Part shown: piece by piece, positions 37,493 through 50,377 of the stretch
How positions within the stretch are numbered: position 1 is the first letter of the stretch
Layout of the letters: each line of letters starts with the position of its first letter
NCBI GenBank assembly: GCA_965637545.1
Contig: OZ281494.1
Location: 6,882,001-6,946,000 of the forward strand
Direction of reading: 5' to 3'
Source of the DNA: Phallusia mammillata
Taxonomy: Eukaryota
DNA length: 64,000 nucleotides
Program-made: the position numbers and the translations under genes
The notes under the pieces: generated by a model
What the model was told of the DNA's origin: nothing
Database searches by the model: none
What the model saw: only the letters and a program-made list of their open reading frames with translations

Positions 37493-38744
37493 CTTTAGTC
37501 AATTCCCAATTGACGTACTTCGGTTAGGTACAAAAGGAAAATGACGATAAATCGCACGATCGGTAATCTATATAGTGAGTCAGCTTGATTCCTATTCGTC
37601 ACCAAAAAAACATGATATGAATGTTTTTTACGTTAAGCAAAAACACTTCCTGGTAAAGACCACGGACGCCTTAGCGGTATATAGGATTTAAGTTAGAGGA
37701 AAGTTGTTTATACGAACGAAAAAATGCAACCCATTAATTAAGTAAATCTTTGCCATTATCAGGATCAGTAAATGCTTACATATATCGACTTGGAGTACCA
37801 GAGCTTAAAAAACGCAAAATTAATCTACACTTTTCACAATAATTGTTATAGTTGCTTTTTAGTTGCATAGTTTCAGTTTCAACACTTATATACATTTAAT
37901 AGGTCAGAGCACAACACACATTAATAGCTGGGCTTTCGTGTCATTAAAACTGCATTATTCTACTTCAATGGGTATAAAAGCCTCCTTAACTTAATGAGCA
38001 GCCTAATTATATCAATGTGAAACAAATACGAAGCAAAACTAGCTCATCGTAAGTCAGTTAATATATGTTCATTAGTTTGCAAATGGAAGTCAATCGAAAT
38101 AAACTTTTTGCTAATATTAAGTGACTTAATTACTGATGATCTGAAAAGCCATCAACAACAATGCATCAGAAAGCAGTTTTAGCTTAACACTCGTTAAACG
38201 CGTTTACGTCAAAGGGAAGTACTAAAGGATCTAATTTCCAGCGAGTAAAGCTTTACAGTCAGGCGATGCGGGTATGAAAGGAAGCGCTGCAGTTGGCTGT
38301 GTTGATTAAAACACGATTTGGTGCCACTGTCGGTGTAGATATACATGAAACATTTTAGTTGCCTAAACAGCTTAGAGCAACGACTCACAGGTTTTCGAAA
38401 ATATTTGTTAGTGGGAATATATATATAAAACAGTTTAGTTGCCTAAACAGCTTAAAGCAAAGATTCACAGGTTTTCAAAAATATTTGACTAAGATTTTTG
38501 TTGTTAAATTATGGCAAGAGTTTTCCTTTAGTTATTATAAAATGTAAACCATTCTGAGATAATGACATAAACTCCAATGGGGGTTCAGTTAGTTTAGGTG
38601 AATAGAATGTATATTTCGCAAGGCATGTTCTGTTTCTAATACGAATTCACTGGTTTTGCCTTAACCAATGGTTTAAAACCGACAATGGCAACCACTGTCC
38701 GTCAGTATAAGCACAGCTGCCTATGTTTTCTTGATAGGTTAGGT

Positions 38745-39463
38745 CAGTGGTTCTCAAACTTATTTTTGTTGCGACGCCTCTGGAAAAGTTTTCTGGACTT
38801 GTGACGCACCAGCAAATAAAAGTTAATTAGGAAACTTATCAATAAACAGTTAATTTAAATTTATTAAACAGAACTTCAGTGCACCCGGCAATCACGTGCG
38901 GGCTTTTGTTAATTGTTTCAATTATTGCGCACGATTGCATTGTCTTGTCTGCTGCAAGATCTCAGCAGCATCAATAACGAATTAAAATGAAAGTAATGTT
39001 TCAACTTACGCACAATATAAACAAATGCACAAAAATTTACTGCTGCAACTCATGCACAATAATCACTTAAAACTTTAGCTAACAATTATACGTTATAACT
39101 ACCTCAAGCCTTTGCTAGAAAAGTCGTCTTTGTTATGAAGCAAGACTCCGTTCACATAATCAAGTTTAATGCCCGCGAAGCGTCGCCCCAGACACGCGCC
39201 TATCACGCACTTGCTACTTGTAATGTTTGGTCTCGACGTACATGAACGGACAGCCGCATTTTTGATCAAAACTTTTGAGGTAAATTTACGTCAATCCGCA
39301 CTCTACACAAAAAGTATTTGGACGTAGATATACGTTAACCGCACTGAAACCTCATTTTTATGAGATAAACTGAGTTCTGCCACGAAACGGAAATATTCTG
39401 CGACGCCCTTGGAAAATTGAAACGACGCACCAGGGCGTCGCGACGCACAGTTGAGGACCACTG
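38745..39463. mobile_element. hAT MITE, 719 bp, ending ~150 bp upstream of the gene C start codon
   Basis: TIRs CAGTGGTTCTCAA / TTGAGGACCACTG; perfect TSD GGTTAGGT. Confidence 0.88.
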
Positions 39464-39611
39464 GGTTAGGTCATTTACAATAAAATAACTATTTATCACA
39501 CATTTATCACGCAATATTTTATTCTTTAACCATTAAACTTTGTGTACAGCACTTCAAGCTTACTGTGTTTGCTAAATTGATTTGGCAAAGGTGCATCCAG
39601 TTAAATACGCC

Positions 39612-42600
39612 ATGACAATAAATACTGTGAACCAGGCAATTACTACACATCTTTTGGGTTGTTTGGTGTTGGCTGTAACTTTCCACAGCATTGATGCATT
39701 GCCGAATGCTACAGTGTTTTGTCGTAAGTGAAGTTAAATTTTAGAACAGTAAACAATATCAAATCATTTTTAACGTTTTGGGCGTAGCACGGTGGTAGTT
39801 ATTTATGCATGCAAACTTTGTATAAAAGTTAGATATGTTTTATGTCTACAATCGACAACTAAAATACTTAAAGTGCACTGGTATAATGTTAAAGCACATA
39901 TCTGGCATCATTATTTGGTTTGTATGGCGTATACTGGAAAAAATAATTCCATTCAATATCTTCCCCATAATGAACTATAAAAAATAACCGATTTGTGTCA
40001 ATGTCTATTACACAAGTTGTGGTAATGGCCCGAAATGATAAAGTTATGTATAAACCCACTTCAGTTGTGTACGATATTCGCGGGGGTTCGGTTAATATTT
40101 CGACTTCCAATGTTCTTTACACCACAAAACCAGAAAGTACACAAAACTATTTTATGATCAAAACCTTCAATGTGAAATAATAAAGTAAAATTAAATCAAC
40201 TAAGCGCAAAGCATACATTTTCACAGCTGCTGTTTGATTAGTTTTTAAAAGCAAAACTAAAAACCACGCAGGGATAGCAAAAACGCGACAAACAGGAGAT
40301 CACAATAGACAGTAATTCCAAAACAAATATTATTGTCATACAACATTATTTGATTTTTTAGAGCGTGGACCGCCAACATGCGCGACCTTGTTATGTGAAC
40401 CAAGAGCAGGCATTTGGAATTGCCGTAAGAAACGTTTTAGTTTATTTGTTAACCTTTTTTATCTTGAAGTTATTGTTAATCTTAAGTTTTTTGGGCTAAT
40501 TCAGTTGTTGTCAGTATATTTTACGTTATTGCACCATTATTTGCTGCAAAAACCTTTTTTAAAGCTAAGATATTGGAGTACTGCTAGTTGCCAAAATATT
40601 TTAAACGTTTTTATTTCAGTATTTGCCCCACTAAAAGAAGGAAGTAAGGTGTACATTGGACAATGCGGGTCATGTAAGTAAAACTTATCCCACAACAAAA
40701 CGTATGTTAAAATGGGTTATAGCTGATAAGAGATACATTTTACTTTTTCAATCAAATATCCAATCGATTTTTTTAGACCACAATGTAATTATAAAACAAA
40801 AAATAAATTATTAATCAAATATTAACAAACACATTTTATTATTGGTTTGTTTCGCTTTAAAATGAGTGATTTGGAATGTTTTAGAATGTGTGTTTTATTG
40901 TAATTAGTACTGTCCGTATTTGCTGGGCAATATTAAAATACATCCTGCACATTTTTTTCCTTTATAAGTCGTTTCATGAATATCTATAAGTATTTATTAA
41001 CAAAACTTGCTTTATTATTGTAGGGAACGGAGATATAATAAACAACTTAAATATAAAAGGTTGGTAACACATATGTACTGTATTAGCAAAAACTTATGCA
41101 TCAGATACGAAATTTTCTGGTGCTCTAAAAAAGAAACCGCCATAAGCACCAAAATGTGTACTTTAAGAGTTTACTGCAAAATGTGTACTGCAACAATGTT
41201 GTCGTAGGCTTATTTTGGATGTTAAATCTATAGTTCTTTGATTGACTATGATTACACTTAAATAACAGAATACACGTGCACTGGGAATAATTGCTGTTTA
41301 AAGAGCATTTTAGCGTCAAACAGCAACCCGAAAATAAAAGTCAAGATGCAACTATATCAAACAACAAGTAAGCATCTTCATGATAACAAACGTGTGTAGC
41401 CTACATACTAGCCACATTTAAACTAGATTTTAGACTGCATTAATTCAACAATATGTATAGTGTAACAGTATCTAAATAAAACAAGGAATAGAAGTAAAAT
41501 AATTAAAAAGCAATTCTAGACCTCGCTGAAAGTATTAAACGCGAGAATATATTTCTGAACTTTATGTCTCTCCTACCACTATAGCGACATTGTTTTCGTT
41601 TTGTCTCATTTCTTACTTTGCTTCAAATACATGGCGTTTTGTGTATCCTTCGGTCGCGTCAATGAAATCCCAGTATAAGTCATTTAACAAAAATAATTGA
41701 TTTCATTATAATTCCAAAATAACAAGACTCATGTGTAAACCAATGTCTTTCAATCAAACATATTTGGAATGTCTTACACTATAATATTTTGACAGATGTG
41801 AATGTCAGCGAAATCAAAATCATAAATTACACACAATGTAAGTACTGAAAATGGTTTGTAAATGTTAAAATATCAGGTTCTGATAGCTGTTAACAACAAG
41901 CTTAGACAAGTTTTTGTCGTCCTTACACAAATTATTTCTTTGAAACAATCATAAATGGGTCGGGTCTATTGAACGCGTAATACTTAATAAGCCACCGTCG
42001 CCTGCCTCGAATGCTGAACATGTCAGCTTCGTAGTAGGTGATAGCCAGTAATCTGTTCTTTTAAATGGTATTGCAGTTACTGGCAAAATTTATATCACTT
42101 TTACTTTTATTCTAGGCGTTCAAGCAAGTCCCCTCATCAAAACATTTGATCCGCCAACAGTTCTGAACAGTTTTCCAAAGAACTGCCTCAACTTAACACA
42201 TTATTGCAGTAAGTTTAACTTGTTTGCCAGATTTAAAAATTTGTTCACGTCATAAAGCACTCCTCGATTGTAAAAAAACAGTAATTGTTTGTAATCTGAA
42301 CTTGTCTGTGTTCGCACAACTATGTTTATCCAAATTAAAAAGAAATGTATTCGTTTGTAAGCAGGCAGAATTCAGCGCCTAAACACACATCCAAACAACA
42401 CTGCTAAGAACTGGATAGTAATTGAAAAACCGTAAGGTAAACTCGTGTTTTTTCAGATTTTACAACTACAACACCGTCAACTTCAACTGCATTAGTTACA
42501 ACGCAACCAACAACACAAACCCAAACATTTACTACAACCCCACCTACTACCAGAGCACAGGCAACAACAAAAATGGATACAACGTCCACCGTTATGACAG

Positions 42601-45600
42601 CAACGTCAGTAACGCAGTTTAATGCAACTACAAGCCAACCTACAACAAATCCATTGTCAGTAGCAACTTTAACCCTGCAGTCTGTATCTTCAATATTTTA
42701 CAGTACAACTGCAAGTACACGTCCATTAGCACCAACAAGTCTTAGCGCCGTTAGCAGATCAGTTAACGTAACGAGGTCAGAATTCATCAAACAGGCGGTC
42801 CAGGCTGCTAATAACTCAACCGCTACTGAAGTAAACCTGCTCAATTTGACAACAGTGGGAAACAAAACTATTGTCACAAGCAACAACACCAGTCCAGTGC
42901 AACTGAAACTTTCCCAAACAAGCGTAAATGGACTTTCACCACAGTTCGGAGGATCATGGGATGTTGTGATTGTCGTAGTGGAGTTTAAGCTACCTCAGAA
43001 TGTACAAACATTTACAGCACAAACTTCCCATAGCGGAATAAAAACCGAAGTTTTGCCATTCCCTGGTGCCCCAACAATCAGCATAACTGTCATTGATGCA
43101 AATTCACACAGTAAGGTCAGTGCAAAACTGAACTACGTTATATCGTTGCAAAACACCACCTCCCAAGTACAAGCCATGCTCAACCAAATAATCAACAACA
43201 AAAGCAGTAACGGGAAGTATGGAGTAACCAGAATCAACAAGATAGAAACCAAATGTGGATTTTTTGATACAACGCAGCAGAGGTTTTCAACCAGAGGTTG
43301 CTCACTGCTTGCAAGCAACTCAAGCCAGGTTTCATGTTTCTGCAACCACACAACCTTGTTTGCGGCTTTGCTTTCCGTTCAGTCCTTTCCCATACCGTCA
43401 GAAGTTGTGGTAAGCACATAATGTAATTAAGTTCTTATATTATTTGTCAAGTATTTCCAAATATACATTAGGCATAAATAGATTGCAAAGGTGAGTACTA
43501 TTCACCGGCAAGTTTAAATAATTCACTACTCCAGCCTCCATAAGTGCACAAAATTAAGCTTACAATTATAGCAGTATGTTTATAAATAAGGCAATAAAAA
43601 CCAACATGTATTTAAGTGTTTGAAAAGTTTTATCATGATTAAACAGTGGCTATTATTCGCAAGGCTGCTTGGCTGCGTTTTTTCATTGTTTACGCTTCAA
43701 CTACATACTGGCGTTAAAATATCAGGAAGGAAAAGCAGCAGCACAGTAACGCTTTCGGTGTACAACACATCAATAACAAACACTTTACGTAGAGCAACTA
43801 CCCGGAACTTTTGATGTTAATGAAGCTCAAGCGGCAAGCGTCGTTACAAACAACTCATTTAAAAAATGACACAAAACTGATCATACCGTTGTGCTTTAGG
43901 GCTACACTGTCGCACTCTTAATCTTTAGGTCTCTGTTCTGCAATAAAAGAAATTACATTAGTGGTACAGTCGCTGCATAACAAAATATTACAACCAAATG
44001 CAACACAATCAGCCACAGTTTTATTGTAACTGCATGAAAACATTTTTATCATACTGCATGAAAAATACGATTTAATGAAATCGTTATAAAATTCGATTTG
44101 AAACATATGTGTAAACCAGTGATTCTCAAACTGTGTGCCGCCGCACACTAGTGTGTCGTGAGAGATTTCCAAGTGTGCCGCGAAATATTCTCTATTTTAA
44201 AGTGCAAACATTCCCTGGTATTTTAGGACATGATGACGAAATACTGGTGCACATGACAACGTTTCAAAGCTCATACTTTTGTTATTGGTAACAAAAAGCG
44301 TTCTTACCCACCACAGTACTCTTGAAAGTTAACATTATATGATCAAATTCTGTTATGTTTACCTGCGAAGTGTGGCGCGGAAGGAAATTTTAGTTCTTTA
44401 AGGCGCCGCATGCTTAAAAAGTTTGAGAACCACTGGTGTAAACGTATTTTTATTTTTATTTGCAGTTTCTCTCCTACATTACTGAAGCAATCAGTATCTC
44501 TTGCCTCATTATCACAATATCAATACTGATGACAGTCAGAAAGAAAGTGAGAAGTGACAGGACAGTTGTTCAGATCAACCTCTCCGTCGCCCTCCTGTGT
44601 TTTCACATCCTAAATCTTGCCAACGTGTGGGCGTTAGTGGACAAACGTCTGTGTGAAACAATGACCATTCTCACTCACTTCTTCTTGCTTGCAACAGGTA
44701 AGCTCAGAAGATGTATGTCAGAAGTAAAGTAATTCATCTCCGTGGTTTTGCAGTTCACCGAATAGCACATAAATACCAGACGAATTTACCCAATGCATGT
44801 TGGAACGTTTAAATTGTTGGAATTTGAAATTTAAACAGTTTTTGGTGCAAGTTGCTGTCCCTGTTCGGCCTGCGTGAGGTCAAGTAAATTAAAATATAAA
44901 TGAGAAAAACAGGCCTGTTTAAGCTGTGTATGAAAACGGCAGTGTTGCTTTCCATTTGAAAACAATGCCACTTTTTCCATATTTTACGGTAGTGACGCAC
45001 GTCCGTATCCGAACAGGTTGTCTTACCCTAAATGTCTAAATAAAATTAATACGGGGTAAAATTAAGTTCAAGATATTGTTTTATCGGCCCTCCAACACAA
45101 TCCAGTTTTCTTATGTGGCCCCTATTAAAAATAATTGCCCACCCCTGATCTAAAATTATATACACGCAGGTACATGGATGCTTTTGGAGGGCATCACTCT
45201 GTACTTGAAGACTACTGATCGAATCCTGACCTTGAACAAGAAGAGTCCTCGCAAAGTAGCGGGCACCAAGTTGGCATTGGGTTGGGGAATTCCTTTGCTG
45301 ATCGTGCTACTAGCCAGCGCCATTGGTTTCCCCACGAACCGCTACATGGATTCGTACGTCAACAATTACTACAGATGCTGGGTACGTGTGGGTTTTGTAA
45401 GGGAAATGACTTCGAGCTGTTACAGGATTACGATTGTGGTTGGCCCAATTTTTCACACAGTATGAATAATAAAGAAAACTCTATACAGAAATGTATGACA
45501 ACAAGTGACAATTAGATGCCAAAAGCTAAAGAATGCCCTAAAGTTGACAAAACTTTGATGAAAAAGTGATTAAACGTTCCGTAAAACTAAATCACATTTT

Positions 45601-46776
45601 GCAAACGAATAGAGTAAAATTGAATACAGTAAACTTTCCAATAATAAAAAAAATCAAACAAGGCAAACGCAATTAGAAGACCTCAGCTTATTTAAGAGAT
45701 AACAGTAACAAAACATCCAGTACCACCTCTTTTAACGTTAGTCATGAATGATCAAATGTCTCCTGTCATAGGTGGGAACACAAAACAAATTCCTGCTCGG
45801 GTCCGTTATTATTCCCATGGTAGTATTTTACGCCACGAATGTCGTCATCGCCATCAAGGTTATCTGGTTTGTCCACAAGCTGAAAAGCAGTGAGCTGAAG
45901 CCCTCCGCGTCCCGATCGTCGTCGGCTAACGCTGAGAATATCGGCGCAGCAGTGAAAGTCTTTCTTATGTTGTTTCCGGTTTTGGGGCTTCCCCTGTTCT
46001 TTGCATTCATGACAAGTAAGTCACGTGGTTTGATGAAATAGTTTGCTTTGGCTTGGAAGCGAATCTGTCGATCAGGTTTTGATCTTAAACCGGACCCTTA
46101 AACTCACCTAGCCGTTGCAGATTGTTTAAGTGCAATGTTGGTGAAAAAACATGTGTTCCGTGCTTGCACAAATAAAACCCTAGAGAATTAAATTAAAAAC
46201 ACATATATACCTTGCCATATGGAAATGCTTACTGCTGACCGACTATTTCAGTGTGAAGCACTCATATGCGTAGCATCATATTGGGATTCCTATCACATAT
46301 TTTACACCCTGAGATTTGTCACAGATTAAATTTACCTTGTCTTGCAAAAAAGTAGAGCAAAATGACACGACCCAAAACAATTTAACTTCCGCAAGGCTAT
46401 TAGCTTCCCAACTCATCAACAGTGCAATATTTATCATCTGTTTAAGCCTTCAGTCCTTAACCTCACTGTTTTGTTCATTGAAAGTTAGCAAGCAAAAGTA
46501 ATTACAGCGCTTAACTTTTTTTAGTCTCAATTAAACACGTTCCTCTTTGCAGGCATTGAGCCGTACGAAGCATCAGTGGTGTTCATGTACATCAACGTCA
46601 TCCTCAATGGGTTGCAAGGTTTATTTCTATTGTTTGTGTACTGTGTGCTGTGTAGCGAGGTTCGTGAAGCAGCTGGGAGGTCGTTTGAGAGAATTCGGCT
46701 ACGGTACTCAAAGGAGGAATCGACCAAACTTCACACAAGGTCATCCCATAACGCCCCTTCAGTGGCGATGACCTGA
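39612..46776 (+). CDS. Gene C: adhesion GPCR (cap, ~100-aa stalk, GAIN/GPS, 7TM), 787 aa
   Basis: Exons 39612-39723, 40362-40424, 40620-40673, 41024-41059, 41269-41367, 41796-41837, 42116-42208, 42457-43409, 44466-44697, 45170-45381, 45772-46015 and 46553-46776; total 2364 nt, open. GPS reads CGFF...FSTRGC...CFCNHTTLFAALL. Confidence 0.9.
44117..44435. mobile_element. hAT MITE, 319 bp, ending 30 nt before a gene C acceptor
   Basis: TIRs CAGTGATTCTCAAACT / AGTTTGAGAACCACTG; perfect TSD GTGTAAAC. Confidence 0.88.
45060..45147. mobile_element. Truncated hAT MITE (right end only)
   Basis: It ends in TTGCCCACCCCTG with internal CGGCCC/GTGGCCC motifs like those of 46797-47144. I found no left TIR or TSD. 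Confidence 0.45.
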
Positions 46777-46796
46777 TAGAAACGAAGCCTTTAGAT

Positions 46797-47144
46797 CAGT
46801 GGTGGCCAAACTACGGCCCGCGGGCCGCATCCGGCCCCCAGTCCTGTTTCATCCGGCCCGCCAAACACCTTGCCTGTTTTTTTTCCAAGCACCATATTTA
46901 CCACTGTGAACAAGCAGTGCAACAGCGCTGGCTGCTACGAGCACTAGCTTGTGGCAAGCGTTGTTATTTTCGGAATAAATGCCCAAGATGGTTTTATTTA
47001 TTGTTATTCTACTACAATAATATATATTTTAATAAAAATGGCAAACAGTTACGACTAATTTTTCGTAAATCTCATTAATCCGGCCCTCCAGTGGCAAGAC
47101 AGTTGCAAATTTGACCCTCTGGTAAAAAAGTTTGGCCACCCCTG
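46797..47144. mobile_element. hAT MITE, 348 bp, 20 nt after the gene C stop
   Basis: TIRs CAGTGGTGGCCAAACT / AGTTTGGCCACCCCTG; perfect TSD CTTTAGAT. Confidence 0.88.
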
Positions 47145-49170
47145 CTTTAGATAAATGGAAGCAACCATCGCAAGACTCCGTATGTTCACTGTGTTTTGCC
47201 TAAAGTGTTCATTGCAACCTGTTTTTGAGGATTTTAAGCGATGCTAAATTGTAAGTCTGTTTTAGTGGATGTCAGTTTTTTCTGAACATTGCTATGAGGC
47301 TCATTAGTCTTCACCCACAAAGCAACGGACTGGCTGATTCCAGGTTTAAGTTTCATTACGAGTATTGTTTGTTTTAGTGGTGTCTATTTTTTATAACAAT
47401 TATTTAAATGTTTTAACTATTTTTTCTTATTTGGAACAAAATTGTTAAACTGACAAACTGGACCTTGAAGATCTGCTTGCGGGTTTAAAAACAATTTGTC
47501 ATCTAGGTTGATCACAGTTCAATTATTGTGGTGCCATTCGCTACCAACACTAATTCTCGAACCTTAGTGCAGCAAAAATCCTTATCTCTCCTAAAAAGTT
47601 ACTGTTTGGTATGTTTGCATGCAATTAATGTTGGCTATTTTGAGTAAACCGCTTCGTAAAATAACAGCTCTGGTATGAGTTTTACCTCATTCACTTGCCT
47701 AAGTAAATGTTTTGCCCTTTTCTATCGGATGCAGTGCCCAACTTGTCGCGGGTCATGTTGCAAAAACGTTGACGCGTTGCAATTTCCTTTCCTTGCCTAG
47801 AGAATGTTTTGTAACACAATAGTTTAAATCGGCGGCTAGCACCAAAACTGATGTTTTTTTAAGCATTGATGCAAACACCTAATGTGTACAAAATCAGAAT
47901 AAATTTTTGCGCTGTATTTCTGTTCTTCTTTGCGATTAAGGATGTTTTTTGGTTTCTTCATAAATGTTTTATTTATTGCGCCAGTCATGTTTTTTGTATC
48001 TCACTATAGTATCCTGTTTTAGTAGACTTTTAGTAGACGTTACGCAACAGCCTACGATGCAACGCACTGTTAACTGATATATAATTAAGGAGGCATGATC
48101 AGAAATTGCTGTCACCAGCAGGTTGTCCGAGTAGATACATGTCAATGTTTTGCACTTTTCTTGTTTTGCAGTGTTGTGTAAATTATTTTTCCGCAGTATT
48201 TAATGCTTTAAAGTTGTACCATTGAAATAGTTGCAATACAAAAATTGTACATTTGTATAAATTATTTATAATTTGCCCAAGAACAAAATCGCTGAACAAT
48301 GTTTTAGACAAAACTTGGGGGTGGGTCGATTTGTGAATGGTATTAGTTGGAATGCTTCAGGTTCGAACAAAATCATTTAAATTACTCATGGGTAACCAGA
48401 CAGGAACAAATCTAGGTATTCAAATCAAGTCTAAACACATTCATATGTAGCTATACGATACGAGTATAAGTGCCACATAAAACTATATCAAAAAATTTCT
48501 TCAACCAAGGATTTATTTGTTTCTACAAGTTCAACAAAGGAAAATTTGTTAAAAACGATGTTTAAACAACCACCACTGCAATATCCAATCCATCATTGTT
48601 GTATGCAGACTAATTTCTTTATTATATTGAGACATCTAACCAATTTAGCCATGGTCAAGACTAGACAAAAATTTTCTGTGGGCACAACGCCTTTGTATAC
48701 AATACCCTCCACGGTAATTATGTATTTTACTGAATATAACAGATTGTTTAGCGGTCGGTGTTGAAACATGGTTGAAGCTGAGTTTGTCTCTTAGGCAACC
48801 TTTGTAAATGTGTTTAGTAAAATAATACAAGACTGGTATTGCCTACTTGTTAAAAAATTTGAACACTCAGTATAAACTGATGCAAAGATCAAAAGCAATA
48901 ATGGAAACGAGATGTTGTCGGCAATCAATGATTTTACAAGTTCTGTTTCAACAAATTCAACAATCTTGAACATTCAACAAAACTGTGGAAAAAACCGACG
49001 CACAATCTGACATAAAATAAGATTGCAGAAAACCCATTAGCACTATTTAAGTTAACAAGAGTGAAGATATTTCAATATACACAATCGAAGTATCGACGTC
49101 CTATGCGAGACGCATATCTTAAAACACAAAGTTTTTTTTTCTGAACCAACAAAATCATCGGTCGTTCTAC

Positions 49171-49504
49171 GGTGGTACTAAATACCGCATGTGGCCGCAT
49201 GTGACCGCATGGTATACCTCATGCTACCGCATTTGACCGCATGTGATCACAAGGCAGGAATCTGTGAAGGACTTAATATGCTTTTGCCAAAAAATATTTT
49301 TGCGAAAAGCGCTGACGGTTAGAACTATTAGGGTTGGGTGAAGGTTTGAAATTAAAATCAATCTAGAATCTGGTCTCGTTTACCCCTAATGGGGCTGGAA
49401 TTCTTACATTTCGCATAACATGATGTATTTTAAGAGAAAACACATGCGGTCACATGCGGCCACATGCGGCCACATGCGGTCACATGCGGTATTTAGTGCC
49501 ACCC
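49171..49504. mobile_element. Mutator-like foldback MITE with 10-bp subterminal tandem repeats
   Basis: TIRs GGTGGTACTAAATACCGCATGTG / CACATGCGGTATTTAGTGCCACC(C), with inverted arrays of CCGCATGTGR. The 10-bp TSD GTCGTTCTAC is at 49161-49170 and 49505-49514. Confidence 0.8.
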
Positions 49505-50377
49505 GTCGTTCTACACTCCCTGAACTCTGTTTTATTTGCAGTCAAGCTTGTTATCGCTGTTTTTGTGTGTTGCCGATGCTCTTGATACTTAACAAAAATG
49601 TTCTATTCCTAATGAAGGCGTCTCGCGTCGGTTGTTCATAACGAAAGTGAAGGAAAATATTACTTAACCATACACTGTATAGTTGTTCGTATTACAGCCT
49701 ACAGTAACCACCGTGTAATCGAGAAGATTTGTGCATGGCCAACCACAAGTAAAGACATCATCGGTTCTACAACCTGCGAATTTAGTATTGGGGTCAAAAC
49801 AGGTCGAGATGGATGAAAAAGTGATGAATCGCAAATGAATCGATAATATCTTACCATTAATATTACAGCAACAAAACCAACTTGGTGTAGATCGAATAAA
49901 AACATAGTTTGGAAATGAAAGATATTTAATTCTTTGATTAACTTTCATGGTTAACAACAACAATTTGATATTAACACAGTCGTTGAAACGGACACTTCAG
50001 TAAGACCGAGATTATTTTTAATTCAGCTACACAGGTCTCACGCGTATTCAGCCGCAAAACGACGTCGTGCTTCCTATGCATGAAATATAACACCATGAAG
50101 GCTTGGTTAAGAGCTTGGCTTGAACGCATACGCCGCCAAATGTTCCATAAAACTAGCCGGTAATAATCTGTTAGGCAAAGCTAAAAAAGTAAACGTTATG
50201 TCAAAAAAGTTTTAGTTTTGTCCAGGTATAGAGCAAGCATAGATGCGGGATAGAACAATTTACTAATCAGAAGTTGCGTTTTACAATTTTCTTGGCTATT
50301 TCATTATTTCAGCAAAATCGAAACAAGTTAGTGTCGTTCGGAAAACGCTCGTGCGTTAAGAAAACTAAAAATTTACA

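Larger units (their letters stand above)
25943..38281 (+). repeat. Direct tandem segmental duplication (copy 1 25943-31834, copy 2 31835-38281)
   Basis: The copies are collinear from mid-exon 11 of gene B through its 3' flank. The junction TATGAAAG|GGAAGGCCTGAC joins the sequence seen at 38273-38281 to that at 25943. The copies differ by substitutions and by copy-specific mobile insertions. Confidence 0.92.

Noticed and set aside
49171-49504. CRISPR-like or satellite array
   Set aside because: The units are 10 bp with no spacers, inverted between the two arms, and lie inside a TSD-flanked element.
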